Assembly (NCBI GenBank): GCA_003635265.1 | Contig: PYIZ01000041.1 | Coordinates: forward strand, 2,465 to 66,464 | From: Candidatus Poribacteria bacterium | GTDB lineage: Bacteria > Poribacteria > WGA-4E > PCPOR2b | Length of the DNA: 64,000 nt | Reading direction: 5' to 3' | In this document: piece after piece, positions 47,002 through 57,349 of the stretch | How the letters are laid out: the number at the start of each line of letters is the position of its first letter | How positions within the stretch are numbered: position 1 is the stretch's first letter | Translations under genes and position numbers: made by a program | Notes under the pieces: generated by a model | Told to the model about the DNA's origin: nothing | The model's database searches: none | What the model saw: the letters and a program-made list of their open reading frames with translations, nothing else

Positions 47002-47283
47002 AGTTTGATCTCCTTTATGTCAATAGCTGATATAAAAATGCCCTTATCCATGTAAACCAAGCCTCCGCCATTATAGCAGATTCAAGCGATCGCGTCAACA
47101 GAATTGGATAGGCTTGCATGACGAAAGCGCGTGGATGATTTTTGGGTTTCTATTTTCGGCGTAACTATGTTATAATCTTGAGCAATTTCCAAAAAATACA
47201 ATCTGCCTAGAATGGGAAATCTCTTGATTCCTTGAGGGGTCCCCTAAAAATCTTATAGCACATCTAAATGAGGGAGGAAACAG

Positions 47284-48156
47284 ATGATTGATTGTCAGTA
47301 TCTTGAGCCGACCACCGTTTCAGAGGCGTGCACACTGTTAGCTGAGCACGGAGATGATGCGAAGGTCGTTGCCGGCGGACAGAGTATGGCGATACTGTTG
47401 CGGAACGGATTAATTCAACCATCCCACCTGATCAGTATCCAGCATGTCTCCGGATTGGAGGACATAGTTGCATCGGACGAAGGTGTAAAAATTGGTGCCA
47501 AGGTTACACTGGATCGTTTAATCGGCATAGGCGAAACACATCCGACGCTGCGTGCCCTAGATGATGTCATCAACGAGTTGGCAGATCAACAGATTCGTAA
47601 CTTTGCAACACTCGGCGGGGCAATCTGTGAGGCACATCCGGCGAGCGATATCACCGTTGTTCTAAGCACGTTGAACGCTTCGGTAAAATTAGCAAGTGCA
47701 GGCGGTGAACGGGTTGTGTCTATGTGCGACTTTGTTACTGGTGCTTTTGCTACTGCTGCCCAATCGGATGAGTTGTTAACGGAAGTGGTTGTTCCATCGT
47801 TTGATCTCGGCTCCGCCGCAGCCGCGCATCGCCGGTTTGTTCTACGGGCGGGAGATTATCCCGTTGTTGGAGTCGGTGCGTTTGTCAGCCTTGATGGATC
47901 GGGGGGTTGTCAGGATGCGCGCATCGTGGTTGGCAACTGTTCTAGTGCTCCGGCTCACGCACAGGAGGCAGAGACACGCCTGAAGGGACACAGCATCGTT
48001 GGAAACAATGGAGCGATCGCCGAGGCAGGCGAACTCGCCGCCTCCCATGTTGCACCATCGAGCGATCCAATGGCACCGAGCGAATACAAAATAGACCTCG
48101 TGAATGTGCTGACCAGAGAAGCACTGGCGGAAGCTGTTGCACGCGCTACCGGTTAA
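47284..48156 (+). CDS. Molybdenum hydroxylase FAD subunit (CoxM/XdhB-like)
   Basis: AGGQS, QIRNFATLGG, PASD. Confidence 0.9.
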   Translation: MIDCQYLEPTTVSEACTLLAEHGDDAKVVAGGQSMAILLRNGLIQPSHLISIQHVSGLEDIVASDEGVKIGAKVTLDRLIGIGETHPTLRALDDVINELADQQIRNFATLGGAICEAHPASDITVVLSTLNASVKLASAGGERVVSMCDFVTGAFATAAQSDELLTEVVVPSFDLGSAAAAHRRFVLRAGDYPVVGVGAFVSLDGSGGCQDARIVVGNCSSAPAHAQEAETRLKGHSIVGNNGAIAEAGELAASHVAPSSDPMAPSEYKIDLVNVLTREALAEAVARATG

Positions 48157-48229
48157 GACAAAGGGACAGTATAAAATCCTAGTCTCCGATCGGGATTGGA
48201 TTGATAACTAATTGTTTGGAGGCATTTTA

Positions 48230-48697
48230 ATGAAATATCCATTATCATTGACAGTCAATGACGAAAATTATGACATCCTTGTTGAACCCTATCACACCTT
48301 GATGGAGGCTATTCGTGATGGGATTGGGCTAACGGGGACGAAGTGCGCTTGTGAAGATGGGCGGTGTGGGACTTGTACAGTGCTGATTGACGGGCAGCTA
48401 GTGAAATCGTGCCTGATGCTTGGATTACAGGCGAAAGGGAAATCGCTCTTAACTATAGAGGGCATGGGTTCACCCGATGAGCTACATCCGCTGCAGGCTG
48501 CGTTTCTTGAACATGGTGCAGTGCAGTGTGGCTATTGTACGCCGGGGATGCTGCTGACAGCGAAGCAGCTGCTAGACGAAAACCCGAATCCAACCGAGGA
48601 GGACATCCGCTCTGCATTTGTGGGAAATCTTTGTCGTTGCGGAGTCTATACGCATGCAACGGAAGCAATTTTGAACGTCGCAGGGGAGGAGGAATAA
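48230..48697 (+). CDS. Molybdenum hydroxylase 2x[2Fe-2S] subunit (CoxS-like)
   Basis: C..G.CGTC..C, QCGYCTPG, NLCRC. Confidence 0.95.
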   Translation: MKYPLSLTVNDENYDILVEPYHTLMEAIRDGIGLTGTKCACEDGRCGTCTVLIDGQLVKSCLMLGLQAKGKSLLTIEGMGSPDELHPLQAAFLEHGAVQCGYCTPGMLLTAKQLLDENPNPTEEDIRSAFVGNLCRCGVYTHATEAILNVAGEEE

Positions 48698-48698
48698 G

Positions 48699-51050
48699 AT
48701 GAACGTTGTTGGAACTTCTGCTAAACGTATTGATGGCATAGAGAAGGTAACTGGAAGTGCGGAATTTACAACTGACATTGTGCTGCCACGGATGATTCAC
48801 GCCAAGCTGAAGCGCAGTCCGTATGCACACGCAAAGATTCTGAACATTGATACCACCAAAGCTGAACAGATGCCGGGGGTACGGGCTGTCATTACCGCTG
48901 CGGATTTGCCTGATATACGGCTAGGTATCCTCACGCTGGATGAGCATCTGCTCGCCCACGACAAAACACGCCTCGTTGGCGAGCCTGTTGCTGCGGTCGC
49001 TGCGGATACCCCAGAAATTGCACGCGCAGCCTGTGAGCAGATCGAAGTCGAATACGAGGAACTTCCTCCCCTGTTTGATCCGGAGGAAGCGATTCGGTTA
49101 GATCCGCCCGTGGTGCTGCACGAAGAGTATGAGGAATACGAAAAACTCCTTGAACTCGCCGAAATGGACGAGCGTCCGCCCAACCTGTGGCAAGCCTACC
49201 GTATCCGTCACGGCGATATTGATGCCGCGTTCAAAAAAGCGGAGGATGAAGGTGGACACATCATCGAAAACCGCTATGCAACGGGCTATGTCCATACCGC
49301 TTGTATGGAACCGCACGGCGCAGTCGCGCAATGGAGTTCCGACGGCACATTGACCCTCTGGGCAGGGGGACAATCGCCCTACATCGCACGCGACGGTTTA
49401 GCGAAAGCACTTGATCTGTCGCCCTCCAAGGTTCGCGTTATTGTTCCATTTGTTGGTGGTGCCTTTGGTGGCAAATTGACGGTCAAAGAGGGAGCTATCG
49501 CCGCCGCACTTGCGCGTAAAGCACGACGTCCCGTCAAAATCATCTTGACCCGCGCCGAAGACCTCTCCGCTACTGCGGCACGCACACCGTTCATCTTTGA
49601 TATAAAAGATGCTGTGACGAAGGACGGTATCCTGATTGGTCGCAAGGTCACTTCAATTCTCTGGGGCGGCGGCTATAGCGGCGAAGGGATTCTCAAACCG
49701 ATTTTCTCCACGCATCTCTATCCCGGTTCCTACCGTTTAGCAGCGCTCTGGGTTGACTCCTACGGCGTGTATACCAACCGTGTCTCCGGTGGTGCGTTGC
49801 GAGGCTACGGCTGTGCAGAGTCTGCTTGGGCGGTCGAAACTCAGATGGACATCATCGCGAGGAAGTGCGACATTGACGCTGTCGAACTGCGTATAAATAA
49901 CCTGCTGAACGAAGGTGAGCGCACCGCTATCACCATGCCCGCCCATGCGTTCAGTGCCCATGAATGTCTTACCAAATGTGCTGATGCGATCGAGTGGGAA
50001 ACCCCCTCTGAATCGTTGGAGCACCCGTGGTATCGTGGGAAGGGCATTGCTTTGGGGAATAAGTATTCCTTTGCGCCGACTGCTTCTAGTACGGAGTTAA
50101 AGGTCCACGAGGATGCTTCCTGTGAACTACGAACTAGCGCAGTCGATCTGGGACAGGGTGCTTATACTATTCTCACGCAGATCGTCGCCGATGAGTTCGG
50201 GATCGAGATTGATAAGGTCAAACTGGTCACCCCGGACACCGCAATCACGCCTTTTGACCATGTCGCTGGCTCCAGTCGGCAGACCTTCCACACCGGCAAT
50301 GCCACCCGCATGGCATGTGACGATGCGAAACGCCAGATACGGGAACTCGCCGCACCCAAGTTGGAGGCACACCCGGACGACTTAGAGGTTTCTGGTGGGC
50401 GCATCTCCGTTAAAGGTTCTTCTAAATCCATTGAAGTTGAAGACCTGTTCGTGGTTGAGATGCTGGCGGGCAAACGGCCTGCGGATGTCGAAGTTATCGG
50501 TAAAGCGACATGGGAAGTCAGTGCCAGTCCGCACGACCCAAACACGGGACAGGGCGAGGAACCGATGGCTTACATGGGACACGGTGCCCAAGCTGCCGAG
50601 GTCGAGGTCAATGTTGAAACAGGACAGGTTCGTATTCGGAAATTTGTCTCTGCAATTGATGTCGGCAAGGCGATGAACCCGCAAGGGGTCGAGATGCAAA
50701 ACTACGGTGGCGGGTGCATGGGTATCGGAATTGCGCTGCACGAGGATATGTGTTTTGATGCGAGTGGGGAGATGACCAACGCTAGCCTGATGGACTACAA
50801 AATCCCCTCCATCATTGAGATGCCGTTGAAGGAGTACATGGAGTCGATTATCGTCGAAGTCCCGCACCAACATGGCCCCTACGGCGCCAAAGGTGCCGGT
50901 GAAATCGTCGTGGTGCCCACATCACCCGCAATTGGCAACGCAATTTATGACGCGATCGGTGTGCGTATCTGGGATCAGCCGCTGACGCCGGAGAAGGTTG
51001 TCAAGGCATGGAAGGAGAAGACGGCGTCCGGCAACGGTTCTGAGTCATAA
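48699..51050 (+). CDS. Xanthine dehydrogenase-family molybdopterin-binding subunit (not CO dehydrogenase)
   Basis: KVTG.A, RSPYAHA, MEPH, GGAFGGK, LRGYG, GQG, DYKIP, GAKGAGE. Confidence 0.9.
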   Translation: MNVVGTSAKRIDGIEKVTGSAEFTTDIVLPRMIHAKLKRSPYAHAKILNIDTTKAEQMPGVRAVITAADLPDIRLGILTLDEHLLAHDKTRLVGEPVAAVAADTPEIARAACEQIEVEYEELPPLFDPEEAIRLDPPVVLHEEYEEYEKLLELAEMDERPPNLWQAYRIRHGDIDAAFKKAEDEGGHIIENRYATGYVHTACMEPHGAVAQWSSDGTLTLWAGGQSPYIARDGLAKALDLSPSKVRVIVPFVGGAFGGKLTVKEGAIAAALARKARRPVKIILTRAEDLSATAARTPFIFDIKDAVTKDGILIGRKVTSILWGGGYSGEGILKPIFSTHLYPGSYRLAALWVDSYGVYTNRVSGGALRGYGCAESAWAVETQMDIIARKCDIDAVELRINNLLNEGERTAITMPAHAFSAHECLTKCADAIEWETPSESLEHPWYRGKGIALGNKYSFAPTASSTELKVHEDASCELRTSAVDLGQGAYTILTQIVADEFGIEIDKVKLVTPDTAITPFDHVAGSSRQTFHTGNATRMACDDAKRQIRELAAPKLEAHPDDLEVSGGRISVKGSSKSIEVEDLFVVEMLAGKRPADVEVIGKATWEVSASPHDPNTGQGEEPMAYMGHGAQAAEVEVNVETGQVRIRKFVSAIDVGKAMNPQGVEMQNYGGGCMGIGIALHEDMCFDASGEMTNASLMDYKIPSIIEMPLKEYMESIIVEVPHQHGPYGAKGAGEIVVVPTSPAIGNAIYDAIGVRIWDQPLTPEKVVKAWKEKTASGNGSES

Positions 51051-51079
51051 GCCACGGCAGGATAGTCTAGCGGTAACGC

Positions 51080-52393
51080 CTAGGGTTTATACCCTGAACG
51101 ATCTGTATTTCCGCCATACTTCATGGCATAAACAAGCAGATTTGTCATAAAGCGATGGACATCTGTCGAGCGACGCAGCCGTAACATGGTTCGGCTTTCG
51201 ATCTCCACTGTCTCCATTGCACACATATAATCCTTGCGATTGTAGACGACAGCCAATCGATTGTTTATAGTAATTCCTTTTTGGTATTTGAACTGCGTGG
51301 GTTTTGGATGGTTTTCAGACCCCCAGAAGACATCACCGCCCGATGGGGGACGGGGCAGCTGATAGTAGATGTTATAGATCTCATGGTGGTGTGGCAGGTA
51401 TTCTAAAGGATATTCGGGAAAAATCGTCTGTAGCTCATCAGCGACGATTGCGGCGAACAAGCCGTGAAATCCGCAATCGTCGAAAAAGAGCATCCCACCT
51501 TGTTCCACAATGTACTTCCGCAATGCCGCCCGTTCTGACGCAGAAAAGGAGTTGGTCAACGGTCCTCCTTTGGCAAGATTTCGTCCAACAGTAATGTCCT
51601 TGTCGTGCCCTGTCATGATAACCAGCGGGGCATCAAGGAGGCGCGAATCGGTCAGTCGCAGCGAGCCTCCTGCGTACTTCATGTCAGCACGGAGATCGGT
51701 ATTTTCTGCAAGCCACTTCGCAAAGCTGGATATGGCAGTTGGATCCTGCCACCAATCGGACAGGGAGTGTTTGAGTCGAATCAGGCGAATATGCCCACGC
51801 ATCTCTGTGCCTTCGCCCTCAAGAATAGCTCCAAGGTAGTCTTCAGGAAGCAAGTTCGGACTCTTCACATCAAGAGGCAGGTCTTGTACTCCCCCGTTTT
51901 GAGCATGTACAAGGCCCCCTCCGATAGTCGTCCCTTCGTTTCTCCCAACTCCTCGTGATAGTCCTTTTTGGGTAGGCACAGGACCTGCTCCCACAGCCGT
52001 GGTGTCTTGGTGTATCATTGCGGAGTGGGGCGGCACAAGATTCGCTTCTACGGATAAACCCTTGTCAAGGCTGATGGCTGGGGTATCGCTTAACGAGAGC
52101 GGATTTCCCTCTTGTGGTAGGTCAACTGCAAGAGGTGTTCCTACCCGTGTTACAGTTTGTAGAGGCAGCTCTTGTGGTTGTCTGTCCTGCACCTGACGGG
52201 GCGATTGTACGGGTTGGAGACGAATCTTCCTTGGCAGCGTACGAGCTGATGGAGGCAATTCAACCCACTCAACATTGATGGCATCGTCTTCCACAATTCC
52301 CTGACGAATCGTTAGCACCACGAGGAAAGCAAAAATGAGATGCAGGAAAAGAGAGATGACCAACGGTGCCGTTAATCGTTTTCGTATTCTCAA
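51080..52393 (-). CDS. Membrane-anchored DUF4159-domain protein with Pro-rich linker
   Basis: N-terminal SLFLH TM helix; DWWQDP, MTGH, LRKY...GGMLFFDDC, H.IY, NLLVYA. Confidence 0.75.
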   Translation of the reverse strand: MRIRKRLTAPLVISLFLHLIFAFLVVLTIRQGIVEDDAINVEWVELPPSARTLPRKIRLQPVQSPRQVQDRQPQELPLQTVTRVGTPLAVDLPQEGNPLSLSDTPAISLDKGLSVEANLVPPHSAMIHQDTTAVGAGPVPTQKGLSRGVGRNEGTTIGGGLVHAQNGGVQDLPLDVKSPNLLPEDYLGAILEGEGTEMRGHIRLIRLKHSLSDWWQDPTAISSFAKWLAENTDLRADMKYAGGSLRLTDSRLLDAPLVIMTGHDKDITVGRNLAKGGPLTNSFSASERAALRKYIVEQGGMLFFDDCGFHGLFAAIVADELQTIFPEYPLEYLPHHHEIYNIYYQLPRPPSGGDVFWGSENHPKPTQFKYQKGITINNRLAVVYNRKDYMCAMETVEIESRTMLRLRRSTDVHRFMTNLLVYAMKYGGNTDRSGYKP

Positions 52394-52569
52394 CGTTTTG
52401 CCTTTCTGAACGGGATGAAGCAGGAAAGCACCCTAGGTCAAATTATGAGGGTCTCACTCTATACACTCTCAGTTAGTTCTGAATGTCAAAATGCAATCTA
52501 TTTCAAGCACAACCCTACGCCAAAATCTGTCGCAGCCACAGCCAATCGATTCAAATTTATGTAAAATTC

Positions 52570-54630
52570 CTAAAACATCGTAGACCACCGCATATTAAAT
52601 TGAGGTGTCCGTCCCGACTCAAGAGCTTGTGCCCAGTTTAGTTTCCAATTGCTTCCTATCAGTAAGCCAACACCCAGATTAATCTTAGGATCGGAGATGC
52701 TGACTTCGTCTAACTTGTTCCATACCTGTCCCGCATCGATGAAAAATGTGGCGAATGCCCCGTTGCTAATGTAGTCGGTTATGTGATGGCGATACTCCAC
52801 ATTGAGCAGCATACCTTGGTTACCAGCAAATTCATAAAGGTCATACCCACGAAGCGATCCAGGTCCCCCAAGAATAAATTGGCGTTGAACCGGCAGTTCC
52901 TTTGCTGAAAGCCCAACTTTCAAACGGAGGTCAAGCATATGCCGGTCGCCAATAGGTTGGTAACGTCTGGAGTGCAGCTCAAATCGTGTAAAATCAAAGT
53001 TAGAACCCACCACCGAATTACTGTGCTCTACTGCAAAGGTATTGTACCATCCCTCGTTGTCAAAACGACTATCGAAATCATATCTCAAAGCGATGCTCCG
53101 CATTTGACCTAGCGTTATTGGTGTATTTTTCTCCTTGTCCGATGTCCATTGAAAGAGCGACCAATCTGTCGTTTTGGTCAGGCTTTCATGGTTTTCATCG
53201 ATCGCAGTCAGTTTCAGGGAGTGGCGGAGCACCTCTGGTTGCCATCGCAGCAAAATCTCAGAACCTTCCTTCAGATAGTAGTCTCGAAAATCTCCTCCAT
53301 ATAAAAAGGCAGTCAGCAGTTGCTCGTTATCATCTAATAAGATATCTAGATCTCTTACCGATGTCAGGCGATGGAATTGAAACCGAAGGGTCAGATTCCG
53401 GTTAATCCCTCCTAACAACGTTGCCTCCCCACCCGCTTCATAGTTCAATTTTTTGTTTGAAAAACCGTAACTCAAAGCACCAAATAGCTTCGGTTGAAGC
53501 GGTATCTCAACCTCCGGCGGTTTCGACAGTTCGAGACGAGGACCCAGGCGCAGACCCTGAACACGATTAAAACCACCACTCATTGTGAGGTTCATTATGC
53601 CATCCGGCACGGGCTCTTCTGCCGCTATTTTTTCCTCTACTATAATTGTTACAATCCGTTTATCTCCTTCCTCATGGATATGCCAGTCCGTGCGCCTAAT
53701 ATGCGGAAGAATAGCCTTCATTGTTTTGATGGCATTGTTGATGTCATCTGGTCCCTTTTCAAGAGCCTCTCTGATTTCAAAACCTCTCACCCTTTGGTTG
53801 CCCCGAATCCGAACCTCGTTGATTGGTTGCTTTTTTCTATCTATGAAGTAGGTTGAAGCAAATGAGAACACTGTGTCCTCGGAAGATTGATCGGTTGTTG
53901 AGGGAGTTGTGCCATCAGGTTGTTTTTCCAGCGGTTTTGACCGTCCCTTGCTACCAAACTCGTCTTGATGTGCTTGGAGCGAATTGTCTTCTAAGGAGTT
54001 AAGTTGTGGGATTCCCACACCAAGGCCTTCGAGGTTTCTTAATAATTCACCAATTCGTTGTGGATGCAAAGGTCCGACGATGTTCACTAGGTGCGTTGCG
54101 GTTTCTCCTGTAACCATTACAAAAAGACCATCGATTGTCTCTGTGTTGAGTAGGACCCATATCTGAATCTTTTCACTGTCTTCCTTGATCTTGGCAAAGG
54201 CTTCCCAACCCCGCTTTTTCAACACCCGTTCATAGTAACGAATCATTGGGTCGAAGCTCGTGGCATCACCGGAGTAACTACGGACGTATACTCCCTCTAG
54301 CATTGCAATCAATTCGGTAATTTCAGGCTCGTGTTCCGTCGTTTGAGCGACGAATGCGATTAGCTCACTATCTATGTTTACTTCGATCTTTGGCTTTAGG
54401 GGAATGGGACCATTAAAGGTAACAACACCTCCTGCTGTTTCTTCTGTTTTTCCGGCTCCTACCCAGCCAAGAATAGATTCAACCTGTGGCTTTAGCGGAA
54501 TGGGGAAATCGAAGGTAATAACACCTCTTGCTGTTTCTTCTGTTTTTGCAGTCTCTATCCAGCCAAGACTAAAAAGAAAGAGAATGAGCGATAGGCTGGC
54601 AATAGGACGACAGTTTGCATAGTACTTCAC
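52570..54630 (-). CDS. Omp85 (BamA/TamA-type) barrel with POTRA-like domain and N-terminal DUF4252-like domain
   Basis: Signal peptide; aa ~60-205 paralogous to upstream genes; INEVRIRGN.RV POTRA-like; GGPGSLRGY; F.DAGQVW; ends FNMRWSTMF. Confidence 0.78.
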   Translation of the reverse strand: MKYYANCRPIASLSLILFLFSLGWIETAKTEETARGVITFDFPIPLKPQVESILGWVGAGKTEETAGGVVTFNGPIPLKPKIEVNIDSELIAFVAQTTEHEPEITELIAMLEGVYVRSYSGDATSFDPMIRYYERVLKKRGWEAFAKIKEDSEKIQIWVLLNTETIDGLFVMVTGETATHLVNIVGPLHPQRIGELLRNLEGLGVGIPQLNSLEDNSLQAHQDEFGSKGRSKPLEKQPDGTTPSTTDQSSEDTVFSFASTYFIDRKKQPINEVRIRGNQRVRGFEIREALEKGPDDINNAIKTMKAILPHIRRTDWHIHEEGDKRIVTIIVEEKIAAEEPVPDGIMNLTMSGGFNRVQGLRLGPRLELSKPPEVEIPLQPKLFGALSYGFSNKKLNYEAGGEATLLGGINRNLTLRFQFHRLTSVRDLDILLDDNEQLLTAFLYGGDFRDYYLKEGSEILLRWQPEVLRHSLKLTAIDENHESLTKTTDWSLFQWTSDKEKNTPITLGQMRSIALRYDFDSRFDNEGWYNTFAVEHSNSVVGSNFDFTRFELHSRRYQPIGDRHMLDLRLKVGLSAKELPVQRQFILGGPGSLRGYDLYEFAGNQGMLLNVEYRHHITDYISNGAFATFFIDAGQVWNKLDEVSISDPKINLGVGLLIGSNWKLNWAQALESGRTPQFNMRWSTMF
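54376..54567 (-). repeat. 96-bp intragenic tandem duplication (32 aa)
   Basis: LGWIETAKTEETARGVITFDFPIPLKPQVES / LGWVGAGKTEETAGGVVTFNGPIPLKPKIEV. Confidence 0.88.
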
Positions 54631-54694
54631 GGCTTGTTTTCCCTTTTCTCGTTGAGGTTTGTTGCTTACCTTGGTTTATGACATTGTATCATAC

Positions 54695-55279
54695 CTATTC
54701 TGAGGCTGGCAAACGGACACCATATTGTTCGAGATTTGCGTTCAGTTCGGCAAAGAATTCAGGACGGATATCGCACACAATCCGAACTACATGCATCTCA
54801 TTGTCTTCAATTGCGACTATGAAGATTCCACGAAACCTGTTTGCATTGTATTTTGCATAAATGCAGGAGCTCTGTTGCCCTTCATAAACGCGGGTGATTA
54901 AGTTCCACTTTTTCTGACGCATCAGGTCGGCGTAGAGGTCAAAAATTTCAGCCTTATGCACTTCGGACGATTGATCTAAAATGAAGCGGCTTACTTGGAC
55001 GCTCTTTACTCCGTGGATTGCGAGCGTTGCTGCCCGATTTTCATCTTCACCCACAGATGCGCCTAGGCGTTTGAGTAACCACCAGCCGGGTCCCCCAATA
55101 CCAAACCCTACCTCTTTATGAACGTGGTTTAATCGATCAGCGCGGGTAGTATCCCCACCACCTCCCAACAGACAGCCACAACCTATATTTACCATGAGGA
55201 GGAGCAGGCAGATAAAAAACGAAAGACGTAAAGTGTGATTGGCTAATCTATTTTTCATGATTTTTCCGAGTATCATCAA
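54695..55279 (-). CDS. DUF4252-like putative lipoprotein
   Basis: Signal with IGCGC; GVKSVQV..F, KKWNLITRVYE, GIFIVA, VVRIVCDIRPE. Confidence 0.6.
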   Translation of the reverse strand: MMILGKIMKNRLANHTLRLSFFICLLLLMVNIGCGCLLGGGGDTTRADRLNHVHKEVGFGIGGPGWWLLKRLGASVGEDENRAATLAIHGVKSVQVSRFILDQSSEVHKAEIFDLYADLMRQKKWNLITRVYEGQQSSCIYAKYNANRFRGIFIVAIEDNEMHVVRIVCDIRPEFFAELNANLEQYGVRLPASE

Positions 55280-55309
55280 AACACATTTGGCAGCGTTCGG
55301 GGCTTGTCA

Positions 55310-55915
55310 CTATTCTTTTTGGGGCTCATCCTTTTTCGAGGACTTTGACATGTCATCAGTCTTGATATCCATGCCTTCAATATGAGGTAGACCAAGGTTG
55401 TCTAGGTTTGTAAGTAATTCGCCAATTCGTTCTGGGTTGATTTCACCAACGATATTCACGAGGGTTACTTCTATCTCTCCTGCAACCATAACGAAAAGCC
55501 CAAATATGGTATCTTCGCCGAGCAATATACGTACCTGAACGGTCTCGCCCTCCTCTTTGATTTTGGCGATGATCTCCCATTTCTCTTTTTCTAGCTTATC
55601 CTCGTAATGACGGGTTAATTCATTAAAAGTTGTGGTGTCATTTTCGTAGACGCGGACATATACGCCTTTTAGCATGTTAAGTAATTCCGTAACCTCTAGG
55701 TTCGGTTTCGCTGCTTTAGCAACGAGTGAGATTAACTTCCCACTTAAGTTGACTTCAACTTTTGCTTCCAGAACTTTCGGAAAGTCAAATGCAATGAGTC
55801 CTTTTACTTTTTCCTTCTCTTTTTGGGCCTCAGCAAATGCTTCACCGCTAGGCACTATGCCGACAAAAATACACAGGCCAGCTGCAAGCATTACAATTTG
55901 TACAACGTGTTTCAT
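55310..55915 (-). CDS. DUF4252-like exported protein
   Basis: Signal peptide; KVEVNL, LKGVYVRVYE, WEIIAKIKE, GLFVMV, LVNIVGEINPE. Confidence 0.72.
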   Translation of the reverse strand: MKHVVQIVMLAAGLCIFVGIVPSGEAFAEAQKEKEKVKGLIAFDFPKVLEAKVEVNLSGKLISLVAKAAKPNLEVTELLNMLKGVYVRVYENDTTTFNELTRHYEDKLEKEKWEIIAKIKEEGETVQVRILLGEDTIFGLFVMVAGEIEVTLVNIVGEINPERIGELLTNLDNLGLPHIEGMDIKTDDMSKSSKKDEPQKE

Positions 55916-56062
55916 GGTTTGGTCCCCTTCAAACAGAACACAGAGACGTATTAATGTTCATTCGGCTAGTTTTTCCATCGAACTAAAATTATCGAGAGAC
56001 AAGGATTTGAGAATCCAAGGAAGCAAAATCGGCAACGTTCTTGGTCCCCTTGGATTGTCGTC

Positions 56063-56644
56063 TTAGCTATCTTTGTTTGATTGGCTTGGTTCAGTATCAA
56101 TCTTGAGATCCTTAAGCTGGGGCAGATCTAGGTTCAGATTCATATTTTCCAAATTGCTGATGATATCAACAACCTTTTCAAAGTCGATATGCCCGAAAAT
56201 ATTTACAAAGAGCGTTTCCTTAGCCCCGGTGACCATGATAAAAACACCGCTAACTATCTCTTCATCAAAGAGCAAAGCAACCCGGACGATCCCATCTCCC
56301 TCTTTAGCTTTGACGATGGTTTCCCATTCGCCTACTTTCAGTTTGTTCTCATAGTGACGAAGCATCTGATCAATATTTTCGCCATTCTCGTATCCCCGAA
56401 CATATACCCCTTTGATCATTGCCACTAATTTGCCAATTTCCGGCTCGTGCTCCACAGATTTAGTAAGGAGTGTGAACAGTTTGCTGCTCACGTTCACTTC
56501 AATTATCGCTTCGGATACATCGGAAAAGTCGAAATTGATACGCCCTTTAATATTTTCGTCTTGCGTCTCAGCAATCCCATTTCCGACGGTAAAGAGGAGG
56601 GATAGTAGCACAGCAAGTTGTGTAAAGTTTATACATCGTTTCAT
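56063..56644 (-). CDS. DUF4252-like exported protein
   Basis: AGGAG RBS before ATG 56644; IEVNV, IKGVYVRGYE, WETIVKAKE, FVNIFGHID. Confidence 0.72.
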   Translation of the reverse strand: MKRCINFTQLAVLLSLLFTVGNGIAETQDENIKGRINFDFSDVSEAIIEVNVSSKLFTLLTKSVEHEPEIGKLVAMIKGVYVRGYENGENIDQMLRHYENKLKVGEWETIVKAKEGDGIVRVALLFDEEIVSGVFIMVTGAKETLFVNIFGHIDFEKVVDIISNLENMNLNLDLPQLKDLKIDTEPSQSNKDS

Positions 56645-56694
56645 GAGTCGTTTTCTCCTAAATACGTTGAAGGTTATGGAAATGAGGAACAGCA

Positions 56695-57345
56695 TCACTC
56701 AGGTGACTGGTTATTGCCAGAATCCTCATCGTTACCAGTGGAACTATCTGTCAATTTGTTGAGTATGACGAGGCTACGTTGGATCGTTTCTGAAGAGTTA
56801 ATTTCATCTATTGTAAGCCTTAACGCTCTGCGTGGTGCCTCCCTCACCTGATCTGCGGAAAGGCGTTTGTCGATAGCTAGTCCTGTTTTGTGCATCGCGT
56901 AGCGCACAGTGCTCAAGGCATAGCTGAGTTCGTAGGTAGCCTGTTCAACTTGTAAAGATTGTTGGTGTTGCTGATATGCGCTGAACGTCACGAGAATAAT
57001 GAGACTAGCAGTGACGGCTCCAACTGCAACCGGGCGAATGGACAACCCACGTAGGACTTGCTTCAATGAATCAAACCATCCCTGAGTGGTGGGTTGTGGA
57101 TGAGATTGAACGTAGGCAGCAACTTGGTCAAAAACCTCGGCAGGTGGTTGGGGTTTCGGCAATCCTTGCACCGCCTCACCGACTTCAATCGCGAAGTCCA
57201 ACTCATTTTGGCAACCTTGACATGCAGCTATATGTGTCTCAATTGCCGCTTGAGCGTCCGCGTTCAGTTCACCGGCAATATACTCTTCCAAGACTGAATG
57301 CACGTATTCACAACGTATCGCTTGTGTCGTTGAATGTCGTTGCAT
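56695..57345 (-). CDS. Zinc-finger (zf-HC2) transmembrane anti-sigma factor
   Basis: C...L.EYI.GEL......IETHIAACQGC (HxxxCxxC) followed by one TM helix. Confidence 0.88.
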   Translation of the reverse strand: MQRHSTTQAIRCEYVHSVLEEYIAGELNADAQAAIETHIAACQGCQNELDFAIEVGEAVQGLPKPQPPAEVFDQVAAYVQSHPQPTTQGWFDSLKQVLRGLSIRPVAVGAVTASLIILVTFSAYQQHQQSLQVEQATYELSYALSTVRYAMHKTGLAIDKRLSADQVREAPRRALRLTIDEINSSETIQRSLVILNKLTDSSTGNDEDSGNNQSPE

Positions 57346-57349
57346 TGAA

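Noticed and set aside
47284-51050. Aerobic CO dehydrogenase coxMSL
   Set aside because: Large subunit lacks AYxCSFR; it has LRGYG
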